DNA of 64,000 bases from the human T2T-CHM13v2.0 reference genome, Homo sapiens. The number at the start of each line of letters is the position of its first letter. Position 1 is the first letter of the stretch. The position numbers and the translations under genes were made by a program. The notes below the pieces were generated by a model. The model was not told the origin of the DNA and made no database searches. It saw nothing but the letters and a program-made list of their open reading frames with translations. The DNA lies in assembly GCF_009914755.1 (NCBI RefSeq), contig NC_060936.1; one strand, written 5' to 3'. This document shows, piece by piece, positions 1 through 12,198 of this stretch.

Positions 1-965
1 ACAAAAATTGACAAACGGGGCCTAATTAAGCTAAAGAGCTTCTGCACAGCAAAAGAAAGTATCAACAGAGTAAACAGGCAACCTACAGAAAGGGAGACTC
101 TATTTGCAAACTATGCATCCAATAAAGGCCTAATATCCAGAATTTATAAGGAACTTAAAACAAGCTAACAAGGAAAAAACACACAGGTGCATGAAAAGGC
201 AGGCAAAGGACTTGCACAGACACTTTTCAAAATAAGCCATAAATGAGGCCAGTAAATATATGAAAATATGCTCAACATCACTAATTATGGAGAAATGCAA
301 ATCAAAACCACAGTGAGATGTGGTTTCATCTCATACCAGTCAGAATGGCTGTTATTAAAATGTCAAAAAATGACAGATGCTGAAGAGGTCACAGAGAAAG
401 GAGAAAGCTTATATGCTGCTCATGGGAATGTAAATTAGTTCAGTCATTGTGGAAAGCGTTTTGGTGATTTCTTCAATAACTTAACATAAAATTACCATTT
501 GACCCAGCAATCCCATCACTGGGTATATACCCAAAGGAATATAAATTGTTCTACCATAAAGACACATGTATGCATATGTTTGTCACAGCTCTATTCACGT
601 AGCAAAGACGTGGAATCAACCTAGATGCCCATCAATGGTAGACTGGATAAGGAAAATATGGTACACATACACCATGAAATACTACACAGCCATAAAAAAG
701 AACTAAATTATGTCCTTTTCAACAACATGGATGAAGCTGGAGGCCATTATCCTAAGTGAACTAATACAGGAACAGAAAACCAAATACTGCATATTTTCAC
801 TTATAAGTGGGAGCTAAACATTGAGTACACATGGACACAAAGAAGGGAACAACAGACACCGGGACCTACTTGAGGGTGGAGGGTGAGGATCAAAAAACTA
901 CGTATCAGGTACTATGCTTATTACTTCAGTGACAAAATAATCTGTATACCAAATCCTTGTGACAC
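1..965 (+). mobile_element. L1 3' end (old L1PA/L1PB-type), running off the left edge
   Basis: ORF2 C-terminal coding remnant (aaagagcttctgcacagcaaaagaaa...) followed by typical L1 3'UTR (ataagtgggagctaaacattgag). Confidence 0.9.
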
Positions 966-2915
966 CCTTGTGATTAAATTATAAATTATAAAGGCTATGA
1001 GTTGAGAAAGACAATATTTCTTCCCTTATACATAATGTTCAAGTTGCTGAATGACTGACCAGGATATTTCACCAGAATTTAGATTGAAACAAAAAAGGCT
1101 GGAAGTTTCAGGGACAGAATTAAGAATTTGGCTATGAGATAGTAAATGTTAAGGCTATGATTAAAGAATATCTAAGCAGGCAAAGATCCAAATCAAGAAT
1201 ATTAACAAAGACAGGTTGGAGTTGGCAAGTTCCTTGGAATCTAATTAGAAATCAGGTAGGTCAGTTATCTGGGAGGACTTAAAGCCATGCTGGAAGACAG
1301 AGGCTGAAAATTAGAGTTTCTGGGCAATGCAAGATCAGAAAATCAAGCCAAAAAGCAACGCTCAGATTCCAAGTAGGTGGCTTTAGTAACAGGCATGGGA
1401 AATCAACAATATAAATGAGGTTTATTATTGAGCTAAAGATTCAGTGAGCCTAGGGCTTTCTATGTGTTTAGCCCAGGGCTGGAATTTGTCTCATAGCAAG
1501 AGACTGGCATGAAATTTCAGATACCTTTCACTTGGATGAAGAACTAAGAGAATGAAGAATAAGGCAATTCTTGATGTAGGGATCCAAACTCTAGGTATAT
1601 TAGACTTTCTTGAGCTAATTTATGAGCATGATAGAGTTTTAGCAAATACAGGATTATAAAATTGTCAAATTAGGATCTCTTAAAATCAATAGTTGGGTCA
1701 ATTTCATGGAGACTCTGATATGACATTTTTACTTTGGTAGAATTAAATGTTGCTGACTAGTCTTGTGTCTTCAAAAGGATAATGCACAATCTAAATTATT
1801 GCTGAAAAGCTGAAATAAGACATTTGGTTTCACATGTGAGAATATGGAGTTTTGCTCTTAGGCACTAGATCTGAGGGGACAAACCCTTCAACCCAAGAGG
1901 TTGAGCTACCTTGGGTCATAACAGCCACTGTGATTGCTGCTATGAGAAAAAAGCAATCAGTATGCAGGAATAGGCAGTATAATTAGTTCTCTACATCAAC
2001 ATACAGAGATACTCAAGCTTTTTAACAGACACTGAACTCATTTACACCCAAATCTGCTTATGTACCTCAATGTCGGATTGAAGTCTACCAGAGTTTCCAC
2101 AGAAATCTCTATCTTACCCAAATTTTACTTACTCCTGAAATTTCATTATCATTAAAAAATATATAAAATGCTAGTTTTTAAATTTAGATTTATAAAAAGA
2201 GGTAGAAATAGATTTTTTCCATCCATGCATAGTTAAAATTATAGAGTGAACTCTAATTAATACATATGTGATTAACAGATAAAATTTAACTTGTTCTGCT
2301 ATGGCCAGCATAAAAAACATAGTCATCTGAACAAGCAGTATAGATGAAGAGATAATTCTATAAGAAAATAAATAGAAAAAGATTCCTAAAAGAAAAAAAG
2401 AAAAAGAAGAAGAAATCTAAAGTAAAGGGGTAAAATCACAAATGGGATTTCAGACAAGCAGAAGTGTTCCAGGCAATGAAGGATGATTGAAGACTTGAAC
2501 TAAAAACAGATTCAACCGACAAGAAATACATTTTGTGAAGAAGGACAGATGTAATGGCTTGGGGGGAGAAAGGAAGTAAGCAATGGAGCAGTGAACAGGA
2601 AAGAGTGACTCAGCTATGCAGTCACAGAGAGGTGATCTAAGAAAAGATGAGGTTGGAAAGCACAAAATGAAGGAAAAGAGACTGACTTTGCAAGTCAAGC
2701 AGGAAATTTCAAATTAGTTTCAGAATTTGATTAGAAATAAAATGGTAGCTGATAGATAATTAGCCCTACCTTATTCTTAAAATTCTTAAGGTTGGAAGAG
2801 GGGAGTTGGCAATAAACTAGGGAAAAACTCAAAGAAATTAACAACTGTCTACACGTAAGAAAGCCTAAGTAGGCAAAGATTTGAAGAAGGGACAACTCAT
2901 CAATCACCTAATTTA

Positions 2916-3095
2916 TTTATTTTAAATTTATTGTTTATTACCATTATTATTAGAGATAGGGTCTCACTGTGTCACCAGGCTGGAATGCAGTGGTGTAATC
3001 ATAGCTCATGACAGCCTCGAACTCCTGGGCTCAAGTAATTCTCCTGTCTCAGTCCTGAGGAGCTGACACTACAAGTGAGAGTTACCACGCTAGCT
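2916..3095 (-). mobile_element. Alu monomer (FLAM/AluJ-type)
   Basis: Alu-like antisense sequence with TSD aatcacctaattta at 2902-2915 and 3096-3109. Confidence 0.85.
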
Positions 3096-3344
3096 AATCA
3101 CCTAATTTAGCATTTTCAGTATGCAAAGTACTTTGGCATGGGTCATAGCCTTAGGTTCAAGCCTTGGTTTCACCTCCTACAATATCATCTCATGAAGTTC
3201 TTGGCTTATTTGAGCAAAATAATCTTCATCTATGAAGTGAGGGTAACATATATTTAATAGAATATCATCAGAAATACATCCAATAAATCGTGCTAATGTT
3301 CTGGATAAACTGATGCTTACTGTTATTGAAAAATAAAAGCAGGT

Positions 3345-3625
3345 GGCCGGGCACTGTGGCTCAAGCACTTTGGGAGGCCAAGGCAGGCGATCACGAGGTC
3401 AGGAGATCAAGACCATGCTGGCTAACACGGTGAAAACCCATCTCTACTAAAAATACAAAAAAATTAGCTGGGCGTGGTGGCGGGTGCCTGCAGTCCCAGC
3501 TGCTCGGGAGGCTGAGACAGGAGAATGGCGTGAACCCGGGAGGCGGAGCTTGCAGTGAGCAGAGATGGACTCCAGCCTGGGCGACAGAGCGAGACTCCGT
3601 CTCAAAAAAAAAACAAAAAGAAAAC
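3345..3625 (+). mobile_element. AluY-type with two short internal deletions
   Basis: ggccggg start, A-tail, TSD taaaagcaggt at 3334-3344 and 3626-3636. Confidence 0.92.
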
Positions 3626-3981
3626 TAAAAGCAGGTATTTCTTTTAGAGTATTTTTAAGCAAAAGGGGAAACTACTTAGAGAAATTGAGTCCTATGCCCA
3701 TAAGAAAATAGTGACAGAGCTGACATTCACCCAAGGCATACAGCTATAGAGGCTATGATTCTAAACGATTTGTGTATACTGCCTCAGTCCCTGATTTCAG
3801 GGAATTTACAATCTACTTTGAGGTAAAATACATGGAATACTGAATAATAAGACAAAAAACTTATCACAAAGGAGACTGTGATCCCATATTAGATGACTGT
3901 TAGAGACAGGGAACTTTATCCTGGGATAGTGTTAGAAGACCTCTTAGAAGAGAAAAAACATTTATAATAATGATTGGAATT

Positions 3982-4276
<295 letters not shown>

Positions 4277-4950
4277 TAGAATGGTTGGAATTGGCTAATA
4301 AGAATGATGAATAAAAATAGAAGAACAGGAAAACAATGAGGCAAAAAAAAGCATAGATATTAAGATTACTTAGTCCCATTTATGTTAAAGAAAAAGCTCA
4401 AAAATAAACTTTAATAAAATTATAAATACTGCTTTCATTAAGCTATATAATAATTATTAGTATTTATTTCTATTGAATATAGTAAATAATTATTCAATTC
4501 CAACATTAGACCTTAGGTCCTAAAATTGTCTTTATTTACTATTTGAAGGATATTTTGAAACAAATGATTCTGGGATACACCAACCAGAAACCAAAAAATC
4601 AATAAAAGAAAATGTAAACCACAATAAATAAACCATAATTTTTAATAAAGTATTTTATATTTAGACAAAAATAACACTATTAGTAAATAATCTTATTTTA
4701 GAATATTACTTCCTGCTTTTAATGCTTATTTCAGATTTAAAGTTTAACAAAATTATATTCAGTTTCAAAAAGACTTGTGTTTCTTGGCCTTGAAAGAAAT
4801 TATAAAAAGAAAGTTTTAATCTTAAGACTTTTTTATACTATTAAAAAAACTGTTAAGCCTTACTACAAAATAGTCTTACAAAGTATAAAAACTGCATTGT
4901 ATAATCTGTATTTATTTTGTGGGAATTTTGAAAAGTCAAAAGTCAAACTG

Positions 4951-5248
4951 GGCCAGGTGCGGTGACCCACCCCCATAATCCCAGCACTTAGGGAGGCCGA
5001 GGTGGGCAGATCACCTGAGGTCAGGAGTTCGAGACCAGCCTGGCCCACATGGTGAAACCCCATCTTTACCAAAAACACAAAAGTCAGCCGGACATAGTGG
5101 CGGGCGCCTGTAATCCCAGTACTCAGGAGGCTAAGGCAGGAGAATCAACTGAACCTGGAAGGCAGAGGTTGCAGCGAGCCGAGATTGCACCACTGCACTG
5201 CAGCCTGGGGGACAGAGTGTGACTCTGCCTCAAAAAAAAAAAAAAAAA
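4951..5248 (+). mobile_element. AluS-type
   Basis: Full dimer, A-tail, TSD aaaagtcaaactg. Confidence 0.93.
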
Positions 5249-7249
5249 GTCAAACTGGAAATACAAATATAAAATACCATTAAAAAAAATAGGAATCTGT
5301 CTCTATGTTAAAATTAAGTTTACCAAAACTTTAAGGTGCTTTTAGGCAGCAAACGTCTGGAATAAATTCCTGCTCACTTTATCTCTCTGCACCCTTCTTC
5401 TTTGCTCTTTTGGCTCCTGTCCAAAATGTGAGCTGTGAATATTATCTCTGTGTACTACAAGAGTGAGAAATATTGTTCAAGATGGTCTCTGGGCATCTTT
5501 TGATTTAGACCTTACTATATTATGACCAACATATTTTTTCCACTAAAACATTTCTTATGAAAATGCATACAATATAGGGCAGGAATAATACATATCACTA
5601 TTAAAACCATGATTAACATTCATGATCAGCTTAGCTATGTATTTTCCTGGCAGGACTTACTTCCCTAGAGGACTTATTTATGGGAATGGGAAGTTAGAGA
5701 AGACCCTGTCATGACTTATGTATTAGTTCGGATACTTAAGTAACAAGCAACAGAAACCAAACCTGGCTAACTTAAGTAAAAGAAAACATGATATGAGCAT
5801 CATAGGACCTAAGAGAGAGCTGAAGAAAAGGGATGGGAAAAGTGAAACCAGATAACCCCCAAAGGTCTTTCTAATTCCACATGACCACCACTGCTCAGAT
5901 ATGAACCTGAATTTTCATCACGTCAAGAATACAGATAATGAAGCAGAGTTAACATAAAAAGAGCAAAAGCAAGGTACCATTAGGAAAAAAAAAAACAAGA
6001 TTTGAGTAGCAAATAATAATAATAAACAGCCACAATAGAGAGTCTTTATGGAAGGTTCTCAAAGGCAGCAGACCTGGCTAACTCCTTAGTTACTATTTGA
6101 GCAATGGTGAAAATGACTGAATATAAAATATACTAACCAGAAACCAAAATTTAATAAAAACTGTATGCCAAATAAAGACAATAGTATTTTTAAAAATTAC
6201 AACAGTATTTTTTTTAATTAATGGATAGACCAAAAAAAAAAAAATACTATTGGATAAGAGCACAGACTCTTGTGCCAGCTTCATTTTGCAACCCTGAAAG
6301 AGCTACTGAATCTCAAATGATTTATGTAACTTTTTGTACCAAAAATGTTGTTTTCATCCTGCCAGACAAGGCAATATTCCTGAGATGAGTGGTATATGTC
6401 ACACTTAAAAATTGCTCTACAAACTTGGGGTACAACCCAAACTTGGGGTCACTTCTTTTTTATTTTCCCAATTGATTGCTTAAGCACGTGCCTGCCATTT
6501 TAGTAGTAAGTTCAACATTTTTCTTTGAGCTCCACCTTTCCCCTGAATTTTCCAAAATCCCTGGCTTTACCCAGTAGAAGAGAGGTTCATTCTGCCTTTT
6601 GCACTCAAGCAGAAAGGCAGCTGGTTCCACAGTTGCTTCTTTCTGCTACATGGTGTTGCTGTTGACAGCTGGTCCTATAGCCTGGCAGATAGTGAATATC
6701 TAGCGGTAACACACACCCCTGCTTAGGCTGTGCAGGTCATGAGGAAGGATGAGCTGATTCATCAGGGGTTAAACTCCGCTTGGTTCCCTTGGTTCCCAGG
6801 GTCTCATAGGACTGTTTCCATTCTCTACCACATTAAGTACTTAAAGACACAGAATCACTCTTTCTTCCCTCCCTAAAGATCTGGGAGTGTTTTTCTTTGA
6901 AATCCCCCAGATCCAAATGTTCTGATTACATCCTTTTCCCTCTGATAAGGGGGCTTCTCAAATATTTTCCTAAGGAGCAATACCCTCAGTGTCTCCTGGG
7001 CATTACCCGCTCCCACCCTCCTTTTGCACACACTTCTGAAGGACAGCATTCAGTGTCTTCAAGGTGATTCATTGGCCTAAAGAAATTCCCCAGATAATGA
7101 AGATAATAACTTACAATTTCTCTATTGAGTCCATATTGTCTTTGAAATCAGTATAGGCACAATTAGTTTGTTTTATATGTAATGCCACACAATCCTCATC
7201 CATGAGTACCCATGCTAATTAAGTTGTGTGAACTTTTAAGTCACTTCTT

Positions 7250-7451
7250 GTTGCATGCAGAAAATAATCCATGGGTTATAAAACCCAATGTGATTTGGCT
7301 TTCTGAATCTTATCTCATACTGTGTAACCCCTTGCCCCACTAACATTAGCCTTTTTCTTCCTTGAATGTGCCAAGCTCACATCCTGCTAATTGCCTTGAA
7401 CTTGATGTTCCCTCTGAAGACTTTCCCATGGCTGGTTCTAACTCTTCACTT
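7250..7451 (+). mobile_element. L2 fragment (5' part of an L2 split by the L1)
   Basis: ttccttgaatgtgccaagctc...catggctggttc resembles the L2 3' region; continues at 21418. Confidence 0.6.
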
Positions 7452-9618
7452 CCCTTTTCTTGTTTTTAACTTTTAATTTTTGTCAGTACATACTAGGCAT
7501 ATATACATATGGGGTACATGAGATGTTTTGATACAGGCATGCAGTGTGTAGCAATTACATCATGCAAAATGGGGTATCCATCTCCTCAAGCATTTATCCT
7601 TTGTGTTATAAATAATACAACTATACTCTTTTAATCATTTTAAGTGTGCAATTAAATTATTGTTGACTAGAGTCACCCAGTTGTGCTAGCAAACACTAGG
7701 TCTTATTCATCCTTTCTAGATATTTTTTGTACCCACTAACCATCCCGGCTTCCCTCTCAACCCCAACTACCCTTCCCAGCCTCTGATAAACATCCTTATA
7801 CTCTGTCTCCATGACTTCAATTGCTTTGATTTTTAGATCCTACAATGCATAAGAACATGTTATGTTTGTCTTTCTGTGCCTGGCTTATTTCACTTAGCAT
7901 AATTACCTGCAGTTCTATCCATGTTGTTGCAAATGATAGGATGTCTTTTTTTTCAATGGCTAAATAGTACTCCATTGTGTACATGTACCACATTTTCTTT
8001 ATCCATTTATCTGTTGATGGACACTTAGGTTGCCTCCAAATCTTGGCTAGTGTGAACACTGCTGCAACAAACATGGGAGTGCACATATCTCTTTGATATA
8101 CGGATTCCCCTTTCTTTTGGATACATACCCAGCAGTGGGATAGATGGATCATATGATAACTCTATTTTTAGTTTTTTGAGGAACCTCCAAACTGTTCTCC
8201 ACGGTGTTTGTACTAATTTACATTTCCACCAACAGTGTATGAGGGTTCCCTTTTCTCCATATCCTCATCAGCATTTGTTATTGCTTGCCTTTTGAATAAA
8301 AGCCATTTTAACTGGGGTGAGATGATATCTCACTGTAGTTTGATTTGCATTTTTCTGATGATCAGTGACATTGAGCACCTTTTTATATGCCTGTTTGACA
8401 TTTGTATGTCTTCTTTTAAGAAATGTCTATTCAGATATTTTGCTCATTTTTTAATCAGATTATTAGATTTTTGCCTGTAAGTTGTTTGAACTCCTTATAT
8501 ATTCTGTTTATTAATCCCTTGTCATATGGGTAGTTCACAAATATTTTCCCTCATTCTGTGGGTTGTCTCTTCACTTTGTTGATTGTTTCCTTTGCTGTGC
8601 AGAAGCTTTTTAACTTGGTGTGATCCCATTTATCCATTTTTGCTTTAGTTGCCTATGCTGGAATTTTTGCCCAGACCAATGTCCTGGAGAGTTTATCCAA
8701 TGTTTTCTTATAGTAGTTTCATAGTTTGAGGTCTGAGATTTCAGTCTAATCCATTTGATTTGATTTTTGTATATGGTGAAAGATAGGGGTTTAGTTTCAT
8801 TCTTCTGCATGTAAATATCCAGTTATTCCAGCACCATTTATTAAAGAGACTGTCTTTTCCCCAGTGTATATTCTTGGTACTTTTGTCAAAAATGAGTTCA
8901 CTGTAGATATGTGGATATGTTTCTGGGTTCTCTATTCTGTTTCATTGGATTATGTATCTATTTTTATGCCAGTACCGTGCTGTTTTGGTTACTATAGCTC
9001 TGTAGTAAAATTTCAAGTCAGGTAATATGATTCCTCCAGTTTTGTTCTTTTTGCTTAGGATAGCTTTGGCTATTCTGGGTCTGTTGTGGTTCCATATAAA
9101 TTTTTGGAATTTTTTTCTGTTTCTGTAAAGAATGTCATTGGTATTTTGATAAGGATTACATTGAATCTGTGGAGTGCTTTGGGTAGTAGGAACATTTTAA
9201 CAATATTGATTCTTCCGATCCATGAACATGGAATATTTTTTCCATTTTTTGGTGCCCTCTTCAATTTCTTTCATCAGTCTTTTATAGTTTTGTAACAGAT
9301 CTTTCACTTCTTTGGTTAACTCCAAGGTATTTAATTTTATTTGTGGCTACTGTAAATGGCATTACTTTATATTTTCTTCTCTGATTGTTCACTATTGGCA
9401 TATAGAAATGCTACTGAGGGGGTTCTGTCTCTCAGCTTTGGAGCCCCCCTCCCTCTGTCTCTCTACAGGGGAGCTTCTTCTTTTTTTCTTCCCCCTTCTT
9501 TCTTGCCTATTATACTCCCTGCTCCTTAAAACTGCTCCTCCTGTGCCTGTGTCGTTTTTTCTAATTCAACTCGAGATGAAGATCCTGGCATTCCTCCACT
9601 CATCAGAGCCATATCTTT

Positions 9619-9636
9619 TGGTGCATTGGTTCGGAA
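9619..9636 (+). promoter_or_regulatory. Retroviral primer-binding site, tRNA-Gly type
   Basis: TGGTGCATTGGTTCGGAA vs TGGTGCATTGGCCGGGAA (complement of the tRNA-Gly 3' end), 15/18 match, immediately after U5. Confidence 0.75.
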
Positions 9637-10863
9637 TCTGAGGTACAGCCTTCATCGGAGTGGTGAGTATGGGAGCAAGCTTAAAATCTGTTCTATCATT
9701 CCGAAGTGCTCTTTGCCTCTATATTTAAATAAATCCAATAAATCAGTGGGCATTGGTCAGCCTAGTACATATGCTTAGAGTTGGCTGCTGTACTTAAGTC
9801 ATGGATGTGAGGCTTGCTGGGGAGAACGTGGAGAACCCCCATTACCCATGGGTATTGGGAATGTTGGCCATGTTTGAACTAGTTTCTTTTCATGGGGAAA
9901 CTTGCCATTGCACGAGGCTGGGAAAAGTTCAGAGGCAACTGAGAATTTCTGGCCAGGGCACACCCTGGTGTGATTCAAAGGCCTCTGGACCAGACACAGC
10001 CTCTGACAGCCCATCCTGGGTTTTGGCAGAGAACCTCAACTGTCCTGTCCCATAACTCTTCTTCCTTCTCTATCCGCAGCCTCTTACTGTTTCTCTGTGT
10101 GAAATGTGCAAGGATTTTTACAGTCTGGGAATAGAGTTTTCCCGTTTTCCCCTACAGTAAGTTTACTTGCTACCATTTCTCTGGCAAGCACATAGCATTT
10201 CTAAGCCAACAACATCACCTCATGGAAGTAAATAAGAATCTAGGCTCTTCTGGGAACAGGAGGTTTCTGCCTTTAGCAGTTAGGAGTAAAATGTCTTCCA
10301 TAGCCAAATTTTAGTCTTAATATTGTCCCACTGGCAGGGAAACGGCTATTTGGTTCCTAAGTTCCTTTAAGGAATCAATTTTGTCTCCTATTAAGAGAGT
10401 ACTTAATTAGTAAGGGATTTTAAGTCCGGAAGTTAACCGGAACCATTTTTTAATGGGTAAATGCTTTAGCATGGCCTATAATAGCAGGATATAGAATTCA
10501 GTCTAGCGCGCCCTCTCCCTTAAAGGGGTCTTGCCCAATTACGTGGCTTTTCTTGAAATTCATTGTTTTGAAAGGCACAAGGCAACACAACTCTAGAAGG
10601 TCAAAGGGAAATAAAAGGCAGAGAACTGATTGCTTGGGGACAGCACGACTAAGGTCCAAACTCAGTTCCTCTGGTGCCATGGCTTGGAGGGTCACACCTG
10701 CAGTCATGGGCGGCACATTTAAACGGGTGCTGGGAATCCAGGAAAGAAGGAGAGAAAATAGTTGGGGGAACGGATGCCTCCTACTACTTTCTCCTCCATC
10801 CTGGATCACATACTGAAAGGAAAGAGACTAAAAGGACGCTTTTCTTCTCACTTCTTTTTCTAG

Positions 10864-11395
10864 ATGGGTAGCAGATCGTCTTCAACATGTACTCCCCTGG
10901 AGTGTATTTTGAAGCACTGGGACTCCTTCAATCTTGAAACTTTGAAGAAAAAGTGGCTTATTTTCTTTTGTGGCCATATCGGGCAGGCCCAGGGAAAATA
11001 GTTGCTCAAAATTAAAAAAGGGAACTTTCAGGGAAATCATCTGAGGGTCCCCCTTATTTGGGGCCCCTTCATGTTCTCTTCTCATTGCAGGACATTAGGC
11101 AAGTAGAGGGAGACTTGGGTCATTTTTCTGATGACCCTGATAGGTGTATAGAAGCTTTCCAAAATTTAACTCAGGTATTTGACCTCTCACGCAGGAATGT
11201 TATGCTGCTCCTAAGCCAAACCCTAACTACGGTTAAAACAGGCAGCTCTGACAGCAGGAGAAAATTTTGGTCATGAGCAATATGCCTCCTGTAGTAGGCC
11301 AAAAGGGAAAAGAGAAAATAGGGAAGGCAAAGAAATAGGAGAAACACCATTCCCAATAGGAAAAGAGGCAATAACTCTTAAAAACCCTAATTGGA
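10864..11395 (+). pseudogene. ERV gag remnant (MA N-terminus and part of CA)
   Basis: [36 protein letters not shown] then FSLQDIRQVEGDLGHFSDDPDRCIEAFQNLTQVFDLS...MLLLSQTLT, gammaretrovirus-like (class I ERV) gag; deleted and frameshifted. Confidence 0.85.
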
Positions 11396-11819
11396 ACTCC
11401 TTTTTGTGGTGTTTTTCCTTCTTTCATGGGTTAAAATGGTTTTTATCTCTTTTATAATGCTCTTCCAACCTGGGAGAAGTTAAGTTTCCAAACCTTAAAA
11501 ATGCTTGGCTTAGAGTTGAGCTGGGGGAAGGGAACCCAGAAGCCTGACATGCTGGCAAAAGGGTAAAAATTTCTTACCATTAGGGCTTTTGGCTTCTCTT
11601 TACCTGTGCAAACTGGTAAAAGGGATAAGATTAGAAACCAGGCCCAGGATCCCATGGGCCTGCTCTTCAAGCCAACTCAGCAAGATGATCAGTAACGAAC
11701 TTGACCACAGGCCTCCATCTTATTTCATGTCCTTGGGAACATAATCTGTAACCATGTGGCAATACTTTGTTTTAGTCTCAGCCATTTTTCAACAGGAAGT
11801 AGCCTCTTCTTGTGCTAAA

Positions 11820-12198
11820 TCAGATAAGCCAGTTTGTCAATCTGGGTGGTGCCAGCTGATCCATCAAGGGCAGGGTTTACAAAATATCTTAAGCACTGAT
11901 CTTGAGAGCAGTTTAGGGAGGGTCAAAAATCTTGTAGCCTCCAGCTGCATGGCTTCTGGGCCATGGTTTCTAATCTTGTGCCTAGTTCATTGGTCTGGTC
12001 CCCAGGAAAAAAGGAAATGTATCTTGGGAAGTGCCTGTTATCATCTTTGTTTTAGACTATAAACTGTAAACCAGGCTCCTCCCAAAGTTGCTTCAGCCTA
12101 TGCCCAGGATGGGCAAATACAGCTTAGGGGTTGGAAACAAAATGGAATTGTTTGGGTCCAATCTCTTCCACTGTCACAAATTTGCAATGACAGTTTCA
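11820..12198 (-). mobile_element. LTR8-like 5' fragment nested antisense in the ERV internal region
   Basis: Reverse complement begins TGAAACTGTCATTGCAAATTTGTGACAGTGGAAGAGAT...GGGCATAGGCTGAAGCAACTTTGGGAGGA, resembling the LTR8 start. Confidence 0.65.
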
